This document shows positions 38,202-55,006 of a stretch of 64,000 nt of DNA, piece by piece; the stretch's first letter is position 1, and the number at the start of each line of letters is the position of its first letter. The translations under genes and the position numbers were made by a program. The notes below the pieces were generated by a model. It was not told the origin of the DNA, ran no database searches, and saw only the letters and a program-made list of their open reading frames with translations. Origin of the DNA: Salpingoeca rosetta (Eukaryota > Protista > Choanoflagellata); contig JAWQFM010000016.1 in the NCBI GenBank assembly GCA_033442325.1, positions 727,650 to 791,649 of the forward strand, in the 5' to 3' direction.

Positions 38202-39311
38202 GTGCCTCTGTCTGCGTTCGCGCGTGTGCATAAATTTATGCATGCCAAAGCTTGTGCACTTCTTGCGCGCACAGATGAGCGTGGGTACATTTGCTTTGCT
38301 TGATGCCCACACGTCTCGTGCCTCTTGATCTTTCAACCTGCCTGTGTGATCTAGGTTCACGCTTGAGTTCACAGAGGCTGCACGATCCCCCTCCCCACGG
38401 GGACGCCGCCACGGCACAGCGTCTCAAAGCCCATCCCGTATGAGATTTCCTGGTCGTTGAACTCCATTCACCTTCAAACTGAGTGTCCTTTTTGTTTTGT
38501 TGATCCAGCTTGCCGCGCACATCTGTACACTCACGAGCACAAAACGCCGCCACGCCGCCCACCTTGCTGTGTTCCTCTGTGCTCAGGCCATACCCTGCAG
38601 AAGGCGGCAGACTCTGACGTGTGGAAGCTGCGTGTACCCAGCAAGGAGTGGCTGGAGAAGTATGGTCTGGGCAAGCTGGCACTGCCCTTTGAACATCACC
38701 TGTCAAGGCGTCACAAGGCAAAGCTGGAGCGGCGCAGAAATCGCCTACCACAGCGTCATGGGGCGCCAAGCAGCGACGACAGCGATTCCGACGATGACAG
38801 AGACACCGGCGACGACGACGCTGATGAGACGGGCGCTGCGAAAAGAACGCATGTACATGGGGGCAAAGCGGAGGCGGAGAGCGAGGACAAGCTCGATGAA
38901 GATGAGCTTGCGGCGCTGCACGTGTCTGACCTGAAGGAAGCGCACGCCAAGACCACCGCCTGCCGCCAACTCGTACAGCAGCGCCTGGACTGGCTGTTGG
39001 AAGGAAGGTACGGCAAACATCCACTGCGGCCACAAGTCGTGACGCGGTGTCTTGTGCGTGCCTCCTGTTGGTGTTGGTTGGTGTTGGCTCGTGTTCCCTG
39101 TGTCCACTGGGCGTTATTATCTTGTGTGACCTTTTCCTCAGCCTCACAGCACATGTCTGCTTGCATGTGTGGTTGGTTGCGTGCGTGTCAGCCGCGCACA
39201 TTTCGGCGCGTTGACCGGTGTTCAGACCGCCATCATTATCGCCGATGATCACAGCGACAAGCGGCGCCTCGTCGACCTCCTCTGTGTGCGTGTGATTGTG
39301 TGATTGTGTGT

Positions 39312-39358
<47 letters not shown>

Positions 39359-40052
39359 GCCAAGCGCGTCACACCCATTGCCCCCCCCCCTGCTTCTCGT
39401 ACACACACATGCAAATGCGAATGCTTGCTGGATATGAATCGCTGGATCACATCCAATCGATAATTTTGTTGCGTGACCGTGTGCGTTTGTGCCTTGTCCA
39501 CGTGTTTGACAGGAGCTGCTTGAGGACCAAGTGCTGCTCCATCCGTCCATGCAGTGGATTCGCGCAACCGCCTCTGCCGCCATTCACCATTTTATGCCCG
39601 ACACAAAGGAATCCAGTCTCAACCAGGTCTGTCAGCTCTTGTTTTGTTTTGTTTTGTTTTGTGTTTTTTTGTTGTTTTCTATTGTGCTGCTTTCTATTGT
39701 TTGGGCGTGTTTCTGTTTGCTTCCTTGCTTCTGCGTTTACATCAGCGGCCGTCTGTATGTGTACATGCACCCGCTCTTGAGCCATCCCACCACCAACACG
39801 CTGTGCTGTTTGCGCGTTCTTGTTTCGTGTGTGCACATCAGGTCTTCAATTGGCTGCAGCAGCAGGCCCCTTTCGCGCCAGCCCTCACCGGCCAAGAAGG
39901 TGCTGCTAATCTGTTGAGGTTTTGATGGACTTCATGTCTTGACACCACCCTCAATGTCACTCAGTCACTCTATGCTTGCTAGTGCGGCTGCTGCGGTGAC
40001 CATCATGGCAAAACACATACACACACGCGCATGAACAATCAATGCTCCACCG

Positions 40053-40113
<61 letters not shown>

Positions 40114-42515
40114 ACACATTATGCACAGCTCGCAAGAGCGTAGCTTCGTTGACGCCGGCGCAGACGCGCGCACACCAATCTGCGACGTTCTCCTCCCTGC
40201 TAAAAGGCCTCACCATCCGCGTAAGTGCAGTGATGGATGACGCTGTGCCGCTTCCTGTTCGCGTCACGACAGAGACACTCGCCTGATCATCGTTGTGCGT
40301 GGCAAAATTACTCCACCAACCATACATCACGACACCAACACCATCTCTCCATCTTTCATCACTACCCTCACCTTCTGTTCCCGCCCCTCCTGTCATCACC
40401 GCCAGTCTCGCTCGTCGTCGCCGCATGGCATCTCCGCCGGTTATCGCGAGGACGGCATTGACGTATGTCGTGCTGTTGATGCCGCCCTCGACCACCACCC
40501 GCGCCCGCGCCGCATCCACCTCATCCTCGGCTCCCCGCCACGGTCTGCTCCTGCACAGTGTCTGTCTGGGGTCGTGTGTGTGTGTGTGTGTGCCTGTGTG
40601 TGTGGTCGTGTCTGTGGCTGTGTATGTGTGTGTGTGTGTATGTGTGGCTGTGTGTGTGTATGTGTATGTGTGGCCGTGTCTGTGTATGCGCGTGTGTGTG
40701 CCTGTGTGTGTGAATTCCTCTTCACCTACGCGGTCCCTTTGTGGATCGTCATTGCTTCATGATTCGCCATCGTCACCAGTACTGTGCTCACCCAACTCTC
40801 ATCGCTGTACAGCCGATCGGACGAGCAAGTGCTCGATCATGTGCGCCGCGCCCTCGCCCGCGCCGGACAACACGTCCGCCTCGATGTCGTGTGCACACAC
40901 GCGCAGAACCGCCGCCTCCTCCAGCTTGCACATCAGCTGGCCAAAGTGCGGTGACCGTGTGGTCTGCGCGCTCCGTGTTGAGGATTGAGTTCGCTGTTTG
41001 CACACAGCGCGCTGATTCACGGCTGCACTTTTTCCGCGAGTCTCAACACTCACATATAAATCCCAACACAAATGAACATGCACACATACACGCACTTCCT
41101 GACACCTTACAACCAACACCACCACCGCAACCACCACGACCACCACGACCTGTCAGGTTGGGCGGGGGCGGCGGCACGTGCTGAATGTGGAGAGCGGGGA
41201 GCTGTGGAGCGATGACGTGCGGGCGGTGCAGCGACACCTCACGCGCGCAACGAAGACAGAACGCGCAGTGGAGACGGCGCTGAAGGAGGCGGTGAGGATC
41301 GCACACGTGCAGCAGCTGGCAGAGGACGACCGGCGCCGGGAGACGAAACAGAGAACACAGCCCAGGCGTGGTGGCGGTGGCGGTGGTCGCAGGCGAGAAG
41401 CTGGTGGCAGGGCGAACAAGGGATGGATTGTTGGAGATACAAGGTCATCACGGCTGCGGATGAAGCAACGTGATGGCGACAGGACACATGACAAGCCAAC
41501 GACCGCCACCAGACGCGTGAGGTATGAACGGTAGTCACACCTGTGCTTGTCGGGGTGTGTTGATGGTGCTGCGTGTTTGTGCTGTGCGCAGTTGGCTGAG
41601 GTCATCACCGTCATCCCGTACAAGACACGTACACGCACGCGCACACAGAACCAGTTCAACTCCGTCCAAGCGCGTGCACCATCTCACGTCGTGTCACCTG
41701 CCCGCCACGTGCCACAGACGCGACAAGCGCGATCTCTCGCGTGTTCCGGCACACGATGTACCGCCGCATCTCCTCGGCAGCACGCGCTGGCTGCACAAGT
41801 ACGGCCTCGACGTGCGCGGCCTCTCCCCATACACGGTGCGCAGCATGTAATGTGTTGTGCTGTGTTTGTGTGTACACGTGCTTGTGTTGTGCTGTGCTTG
41901 TGCAAGGGCGTAAGTAAACATGTGTGTGCAAACCACGCTGCCAGCGTCCCTTCACCACCCCTTGGTCCCTGAACATTGAACAGGTGTTTGCGGATGTGGC
42001 TTACACGTGTTCAAAGCCTGGCCTCTATATTGGACGAGAGTACAAGACCATGTGCAAGGTACACATCCAGCCACACGTCTTCAGAACAGCCACGCACACA
42101 CACACTCATGCACACACGTACACACATACACACACATACACTCACACACACACACACACACTCACACTCACATATACATACACATGCACACACATGCCTG
42201 TCTTCGTGATCACTGCAACACCCTCACACTTCTTCTGCCACGTGTGCCCCCTCCCCTTCGCTGCTTGGCTGCAGGTGATGTGGACAGACGGCGCCGAGCG
42301 AACGGTGCACATTGATCCGGCGCGCGTGCTGATTCTTCGCCGCCAAATCGCTGTTGCCAAAGACCTCTACACCCGTCGCCTCAACTGGCTCGGAACAGGT
42401 GCGAGCCACTGGCCCTTGGCGCAAGATGCCAAGGGCGGGTACACTTGAGTGTTCAATGAGCTGTTTGGGTGATCATATTGTATTGCCTGCGACACGTGTT
42501 GCTTGTGTCTCACAT

Positions 42516-42582
<67 letters not shown>

Positions 42583-43320
42583 CGCGCGTGTGCTTTTTCA
42601 GGGTCGCGCCGGCTGTTTCCATCCATGCAAGAGTCGGTTGTCACCATCGTGGTGGAGGCGAATGCAAAGACGCAAAAGTCATGGCCGCTGTTGCTTGCAC
42701 ACATCAAGGCAGCACTGCAGGAACAGGTTGTGCATCGCTCCCACTTCAACGTCGTGTTGTATGGTGCACATGCACACAAGTTCAGCCCAGACGTCGTCCC
42801 CGCCTCCAAATCGTCCATCCGACACGCATGGGAATGGATCAAGTACTTTGACATTGAGGTGCGCTTGAATGGTTGTGTGTGAGCGTGTGCCACATAGACG
42901 TTCTTAACGCGACAGCAGCATGCTCCTCTCCGCGCCTCTGCCATGGCTCTACTGATGACGCGCGTTACGTGTGCACGTTGCCTTTACGCTTACACTGGCA
43001 GGATTCAAAGGCCAACAACATCTACGACGCAGCAAAAGCCGCCATCGATAACCTCAGGCCACAGCGCCACGGCACCGAGCATGGTAGTGTTGACATGCCC
43101 TCCATTCCCCCCTCCATGCTGACCGGATTGCGCTGTGCTGATGCACTCTTGTTGATGTGGGCCATAGCGGGCGATCAACTCTGATCAAGGGTTGTTCTGC
43201 TCATACTCTTTCGTTTGTACGCTTTCCTCTCTCCCCCAACAGGCATTTATTGGGTGACTGCGTCTGGCAATTCGCAAAAGTCTGAACCGACCATCGCTTA
43301 CATTCGGTGCGCTGTTATGT

Positions 43321-43363
<43 letters not shown>

Positions 43364-44048
43364 TGTGTCTGTGTCTGTGGCTGTGTCTGTGTGTGCGTTT
43401 GCCTTTGTGTATTATGTGTACCTCTGACAATCTGTATTCCTGTTCACGTCCCCGTGTATGTACATGCCAATCAATGTTGTTAACGAGCAATGGTATCGCG
43501 CTGCTGCCTGATTTGCACGTGCGCTCGCAGAGAAATCCTGGCTGAAGGACACACGCACATGCACATGCTCTCGTACAATGCACACCACGTTGAACGCACT
43601 CGCGAGCTGCACCAACAGCTGGCCGAGGCCGGTGGAGGTGAGCCATGCTCATGCTGTTTGCTGCCCTCGTTATCGTGGCAAGAACGGAAGCTAGTTGAGA
43701 AGCAGGGAATGGGGAAGACGAGGAAATGAGTCGCCGCACTTCACAAGGTGCCACAGCCTGCTTTTTCGACGCTGACATGTTCATCCACACTATACTACAT
43801 ACACTGCGCCACAAACACATACGTCGACCCACATACATACACGCGCACGACACCTTTTTGCGCGTGCGCATATCTTAGGGCGGTACCAGTTTGTGCATGA
43901 GGAAGGAACAGCGCTTGATGAGGCGCACAGGCAGGACAAGTCCTGGACAGCGACGCAGGAGGTGCTGTCGCCGTGATGGGTGCACTTGTTCGGCTGGGCC
44001 TGTGCCTGCTTGTGTTTGTCTGTGTGTGTGTGTTTGTCTGTGTGTGTG

Positions 44049-44079
<31 letters not shown>

Positions 44080-44393
44080 CTTTGGTGCAGTGGAGCATGT
44101 GAGTACATCGCGCGGTGCTTATTCAAAAGTGTTCTCGCGCTGTCGTGCAGGCTGTGGCTGCCATTGCCGCCAAATTCAAAACCAAGGATAGTGCTGAATC
44201 CCGGGCGCTGTGGAAGAAGGCACGAAATGCACACATTACACAAAACCCAGGGAGCATTGCTGAGTTGCATGGACGTAAGTTGCACACCGCATGTGTACGT
44301 GCGCGTGAATCATGAACTCTTCCTCCATCGTCCTCTTGTCTCTCAAAACTCCGATAATAATTTACTCTGCTCACACGTCACAACTCGTGCGCA

Positions 44394-44455
<62 letters not shown>

Positions 44456-46333
44456 TGTAGCGCCAACGCTGTCGCTGGATTCGTTACGGAAACAGCAATA
44501 TGCTGTTCTCTCCACGTGGATGCACCAACGCACGCGCACGGCCCTTCACGATGCCCTTCGCAGCGGTGAGACGACATGCAACCTCATCGCTCCTGGGGTT
44601 TGTTGCCGTGCAATGCCTTCGCCCTGCCTTTGTTGCTGTTCCTCCTCTCACCCTCGCGTCTCCGTGTGTACGTGCGTGCTTGGGACAAGATGCACTGGAT
44701 GAGAGTGGATCTGCGGAGGTGGTCTGTAAGTCATGCGGCACAGACACGCTGCTCTTGCAGCAAGAGGTGCGTAGTGGCAGATGAGCCCCTGCTCAGAGAC
44801 TTGGCTTTGACGCCATACATATGCAAGAACCTGCGCAAGCAAACGCCCAAACGCGCGCGCACATGCACATGCACACTCACACACATACACACATGCACAC
44901 ATGTACACGCACACACACACACACTCTCTCTCTCGTTTGTCATCTCATACCTCCGGCGTTTGCCTCCTCCTTCCTGCTGTGCTGCAGATTGCGCGCGCTG
45001 ACGAGTACGTATCTGTGCTGGACGGGATGCTGACGGCGCTTCCTGCTGAATACGCGCTGGCGGCATTCAAGACCGCAGAGAAGAGGGGAGAGACCGTCCC
45101 TGCACACATTGCGGAGGAGTTGAGGAGGAGGAGACAGGAGGAAGTACAGCAGCAGCTGGACAGGGAACAGCGCAACAGCGCTGATGATGACGATGGGCGT
45201 GGGGGCGCCGGCAGCAGTGCGGATGAGGGCGGCGGCAGCGCACGCAGCGAGGGCATGCGCTCAGAGACCGGCAAAGACAGCAGATTGGCACAAGCACGAA
45301 CACAGACCACCACCACTATTCCAAACACAGGTGGAACAAATAGAGGCGGGGGCAGAAGCGAACGCACACAACAGCTGTCCACTGCGGCTGGTGGTGGTGC
45401 CGGCGGCCGAGCTAGAGCGAAAACGCTGCGTCACGGTGTGCCCGCTCACGTGCCCCTGACAAGAAGCACGCAGTTGCGACAGCAGCAGCTGGAGCGTCGG
45501 AAGAAGAACAACGAGAAGGGCGCGGGTGACGCTGTGCGCCCATTCACGGCCCGATCTGCACCGCACACACGAGGACATCGCTCTGCAGCCACCACCGCGG
45601 AAAACAGCACCAGTAGCAGCAGTGGCATTGGTTGCGGGTCAAGTCGACGCGCCAACTCCGCGGGCACAAAGAAGAGGGCAGTGGCCAAACAGCACAGTTC
45701 ATCTGACAGTGCGCGAAGCAGGTGTGTGTGTGTGTGCGTGCGTGTGTGTGCGTGTGTGTGTGTGCCAATCAACAAATGTGTGGGTGTGCTAAGTGTTCGT
45801 GTTGGCCTGTGCTTAGTGGGGGTTCTGCCTGTGCCGTGCCCTTTGTAGGACTTCTGTGTGTTTGAATGCATCATCGGAATTACGGACTTCATGCCCACTG
45901 CATGGTTGTTCTGCCCATCAGGCGGTACATGCTCATCAACACCCCTGCGGAGATGACTGGTCCCCAGCGCGGGCCAGCCGTCCCAGCAGGTGCGGCGGCG
46001 GCATAACTGCTGCTGTTTCCCTCTCAATCCGTGCGCCTGACTTGCTGCAGCAACATGCAACGCTGCTTTGCTGACACCACTTACAATTTCTCACCACAAA
46101 TGCACACCACGCAACACCCACGCCCTCGCGGACATTCGCAGATGCGGGCGACAACGTCACTGTGCCCGGCCTGGCGAAGGCGCCGGTCGACATGCCGTGC
46201 ACGTCCAAGAAGTGGCTCGCAAAGTGCAGCCTCAAGGTGGGGACTGCCGCAAGGATGACATGACTTGCATTGAGCGAGCAATAGAAACATATAACGCCGG
46301 GGCTCAGGCTTGCTGTGCGCTCACTCATCGCGC

Positions 46334-46402
<69 letters not shown>

Positions 46403-47617
46403 TGTGTGTTTGCTTCTCTGTGTCATACATATTTCTGTGTGATGTGCCCTTGCACTGTTGTTGGCTGGTGGTGTATGTCTGCTGGCTGCAGAAACTTCGC
46501 CTGACGATGGACGCCTTCCTGGCCACCAACAGTCTTCTACACGAAGAGCAGCACGTCTCCACGCTCGCGCGCAACGTTCAGGGAGAGGTCAGACCGCGCC
46601 GATGGTGTGTGGGGGGGAGGTGGATGCGATGTTGCATGTGGTGTGCAAGTGTCCCGTCTTCTATCTGTTGGCTTGTCCTCCCACATGGATTTCTTTCAGT
46701 TCTTGAGCGTCTGTCGATATTCACACGTCAACTACCCGTTGCGCGATTTCAGTTTGGCTCGCTCTTCCCGGTGAAGACGCACACGAACATCAAGTCCAAG
46801 AAGAATGCTGGTGCCTGCTGGTGAGCAATGTCGCGCACATGATTGGCACACGTTAACGCACAGAGACATCGTAATCACCACCGTCACCGCTGCCGCCCTT
46901 TGCTCACTGTTGTGTACTCGTGGTTGTGTTTTCTAACACCCCCGCCCCCTCCGGCTCTGGACTTGTGATCTGCAGGTACGTGATGGCAAAACCACAAGAG
47001 TTCAGCGAGTACCTGAGCAAACTCTCACGCGTCCTCACTCACTACGAGCAGCGGTACGTCTCCATCGTGAATGCATGCATGTTTGTAAATGTGTGTGTGT
47101 GTGTGCCTGTGTGTGCGTGCGTGGGCGTCTTAACGAGATGTTGGTGGTTCTTGTTATTTTGATCCTCCTGCCTCACCACCTCTTTCACCACCGCCACCAC
47201 CGCTATGTTCTTTTCCTCTTACCGTTTCCTCTCAATCCCTCACACACACACACACACACACATGCTTGCGCTGTCCCCCACGTGGCGCCCTGCTCCAATC
47301 GTGCGATGGTGTTCGTCACCACAGGCTGGCGTGGCTCACAGATGGCTATCGCCGCGTGTTTGGACATTTCCAATGCAAGGTTGGTGCGGTGGATGTTGTG
47401 TTCACGTGCTTCCTGCTCCCTAACATATTCATTCCCATTTGCCGCACGATGATAACCTGTGTCTGTATGTGTATGTGTGTGTTGTGTTCTGTGTGCACAC
47501 ATGAACCAGCGGCTGTGGATGGCTGTCGATACGTCTGGATCCATGCACGACGCTCTCCCGTTGCTTAAGGCCGCCTTCTCTCACCTCATCGACGAGCACG
47601 TACGGTGTCTTTGTGCA

Positions 47618-47712
<95 letters not shown>

Positions 47713-48302
47713 GCGTGTGTGTGTATTGTGTGCGTGTGTGTGTCCGTGCGTGTGTCGGTGCGTGTGTCCGTGTGGGGGGTTGTCAACAGCTGCATGAACC
47801 ATGCCGATGTGTGTATCCAGCGTCCGTTCACTTTCACCACCGTACATGTCACCTACTCACGCATCCACTCACACATCCACTCACACGTGCGCACGCACCC
47901 TCACACACATGAACGCACGCACACGCATGCATTTCTGTTTGCTCCCTCTGCGTCTGTCTCCCTGTATTGCTTATCAGTGCTGGAGAAGGAGATTCGGGCG
48001 GTGAAGATCTGCATGCGGCGGGCGCACGAGCTCAAGGAGGCCGTTGCGTCCTCAGTTGGCCGGAAACAAGAACCAGTGGACAGCGATGACTCAACCGACG
48101 GCAAGCAGCAACAACAGCAGCTGCAGCGCCAGAAGAAGAGCACAGGCGGGCAAAGTTGCGACACAACAACGGCATCAACGGCAGCGACAGAGGGACTCGA
48201 TGCTGACATGCGGCGACTCCTTCGTTTGCGAGACCGCGCACGGGCCGCTGGTGCTCGCCGCCTCCGTGATGACGACGAGGAAGATGATGGTGATGATGAT
48301 GG

Positions 48303-48334
<32 letters not shown>

Positions 48335-49921
48335 GTGATGACGATGGTGATGGTGATGACGACGATGATGACGATGGTGATGGTGATGACAACAATGACT
48401 CGGCCGTGCTGTCTCGGCAGATGACGCGAACCCCACGGAGCACGCGGTCGACACAGCTGCGACGGATGGTCACGGAGTTGCGGTACAAAGAGGAGGGGGA
48501 GGAGGAGGGCAACGAACATGAACGACGTGGCGGAAGGACAGCTGGAAGGAACCAGGCGCCAAGTGATGGTGATGACCAGGACAGTGATAGTGGTGATGAT
48601 GACGGTGACGGTGACGATCGTCATGCAGATGAGCGGGCTTGGGAGCACGAAGGGCATCTGATCGATGACGATGCCGGTTTGAACTACAACGACATCATGC
48701 GAGCTGTAGGGCGTCGTGCTGCCTCTTCACCACCACATCACCACCGCCACGCTGATGCGGAGAGCGACGCGGGATCTGTTGACACGTCACGGCTGCATTC
48801 GCACAACCGGACCGTGCGGCTCCTGGCAGGTGCAATGAGTGACGCGGACATTGACGATGTTGTCAGCGACGACGACGATGATGATGATGATAGGCATGGT
48901 GTGCACAATAGAGAGCGCCGTCACAACAGAGCAACAGCGAGGCCACGACCCCACAACTCCAGAAGACATAGGCCTGCAGGATCGGTGGTTCTGAGGTGCG
49001 CTTGTCGTTGTTTATTGGTGTTGTTGTTGTTGTTGTTGTTGTTCTTCTTCTTCTTCTTCTTCTTCTTCTTCTTGCAAGTGTTTCGTTGGTTGCTTACACC
49101 CTCATCAATTGCTGCGCTTGCCTTGGCCTTGGGGTGTAGCAATGTCCCCCGATTGGCGACGGAAGAAGACATTGTGGCCATGTTCCGGCGACGTCACCTG
49201 AAGCCTCCGGTCAGAACATCTCGCTTCATGTGCACACATGAGATGGCCGCCGCAGCCCCGTGCGCTTTGCTTGTGCCACGCTGGAATTGAAATCTTGTTG
49301 TGCCTAACACCTTCACCGTTTGCTGTGCTGTCCATTCTGGTTGCAGTTCAAGGTTGTGATACCCTGGGACGATCAGCGCGAGGAAAACGTGGGCACGGCT
49401 TATTGCTTTTTCCACCTGCTCCACGACGTTACTCGTGCTGCACAGGCGAAACGCCTTCACTTGCAGGTGCGTGTGTGACTGTGACTGTGTGTATGTGTCT
49501 CTGTGTGTGCGTGTGTGGCTGTGTGTGACTGTGTGTGACTGTATACGTGCGTGTCTGTGTGCATGTGTTTGTGTGCATGTGTCTTTTGTGTGTGCGTGTG
49601 TGTCTTTGTGTCTCTGTGTGTCCCTCCCCGTCTGTCCTGCTTTCTTCCTGTTTCCCTTCTCGTGTTAATGTCGTGAGGATGCCTGTTGTGCAAGTCTGTG
49701 CTCTTGCTGGATCGCTGCCCACCCATGGCGTGTATCTCACATCGGCACTGGCCTTGTTCATCTAGGGGCAAACGATATTTGTGGCAAAGCGTGCAAGCAA
49801 GCAGGACATGCTGCCCCACACATCCAAGGCGCTGAGCGAATCTCTGCTCACTGTTGGAAGCAAAGCCATTCATCAGCACTGGTTTGCTTCCAGCCTGGCG
49901 TCCTCCTCTGCCACACTGTGA
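37823..49921 (+). CDS. VWA3A/VWA3B-like von Willebrand A protein with acidic linker and C-terminal RRM
   Basis: Repeated VWA3-type motifs SKEWLEKYGLGKLAL, STRWLHKYGLDVRGL, RRLNWLGT|GSRRLFPSMQESVVTIVVE, HFNVVLYG, AWEWIKYF, MAVDTSGSM. Last exons encode VVL|SNVPRLATEEDIVAMF...|FKVVIPWD...GTAYCFF...|GQTIFV. Stop at 49919-49921. Confidence 0.7.
48268..48400 (+). repeat. Coding (GAT/GAC)n repeat giving a poly-Asp tract
   Basis: DDDEEDDGDDDGDDDD... within ORF 47605-49290. Confidence 0.85.
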
Positions 49922-50080
49922 AGTGCTGCGTTTGCTTTGTTGGTTGCCGCCCGAACAAGAACAGCACCACACAACCACCACGTTGCAGTTGTTTGACAGT
50001 AATTTGTTATTGTGCCAAGTCATTTGATTGCTATTGCGACAGCACCGACACGATGCATAAATTATCTCGAGCTGAAGAAC

Positions 50081-50175
<95 letters not shown>

Positions 50176-50194
50176 ACAAGCGTGTGCAACACGT

Positions 50195-53543
<3,349 letters not shown>

Positions 53544-55006
53544 CTGAGCGAAAAGAACACACAGAGAGCACAAAAGTTGCATGGTGTGCCTTCATCGATG
53601 AGAAGAGGCTCAGAAACAACGTGCTTCCACCCCACCCCCCCCCCCTCTTTCTTTCTCTCTCTTGAAACACGAATAGGCACAAAACAAGGGCGTGCGATCT
53701 AACATCTCATTCATTCATTCACAATAAATGAGGCTGATGCTTGCTCACCTCGTGCGCTGTTAGCATGCACTCCCTTGCCCGTGGCTGCGACACACCTTCA
53801 AGTTGAAGAATAAACACACGCGCACACGCACACACGCACACACGCACACACGAACACACGCGCACACGCACACACGCACACACACACGCACAAACCAACA
53901 CACGCACACACGCACACACGCACACATGCACACACGCAAACACACGCACACAGAACGGAGGAAATGACAGGCAGCACGTGAGCCTAAGAAAAGCACAACC
54001 AGAAGGACGCTTCGTACAGCACACCAGCCCTACAGCGCACCTGCTTGTGTCGAATCGGGACAGCTTGATTCTGAGGCGGAGTCCTCAGTCTCCACAACAC
54101 CGAGATCAACCCACGAGGTTGGAAGGAATCCCCCATCGGTGCCTGCGTACGGGCTGGGTGCCGTGTACTCCTGGGGATTGTAGGCACGGGACCACGCTGG
54201 CTGCAGCCATGAGTGCGGCCGCCCTTTGGTCGCAATTGGCTGTACCTCTGCGGGAGTCGGCGACGCAGCAACAACGATATCGATAAGCTGGTTGGCCTGT
54301 GTGTGCCTCTGTTCGATGGGGGTGGTGGTAGTGATGGGAATTTGTTGTGGTGTGGACAGCCGATGAAGTTGCATCTTGACTGCATCCTTCAATTCCCGAA
54401 GATCAACGATGTCACTCGCGACATCGTTCGCGTCCGCCAGCTCACTTCATTGCCCAAGCACGAGAAGCAATGAAGAAGGCAAACCAGCGCAGGAAGCGAA
54501 TCAAGGTTGAAAGGGAGTATCTATGAGCGGGTGAGGGGAAACAAGGGTCAAGCGGGTGGCAGGCTTCCACGCGACACGCCGACGCACGCGCAGCTTCACA
54601 CACAGCTTCACACACAGCTTCACACACAGCTTCACGCACGCGCTTCACTCACGTGTGCACTTCACTCACGGGCTCGATGAAGGGTCTGCTTCGCAGTGGT
54701 TGCAACAGCAAGAACAGCAGTGTTGGTCGAATGGTACGTCACAGCAACAGCAGCAGGAGCAACCCACTGCAACCACACCACTGTCGTCGCACGCATTCAC
54801 TGCCAGCATCGCTGTTGGTTGTTGGCCGTTACAACACATCTGGCATATAAAAATGACACTTGTATTTTATTAGAGAAGGTGCGACACAATCCGCGCAGTA
54901 ATTTCAAACAGCAAGTTCGATTGCTTTGCAGAGTCTGTTTTACGTCAGAATCAATTATTTTGTGTTGTCTACTTCTACCGCCAGCGGTTTGAATCCACAA
55001 TCCAAG

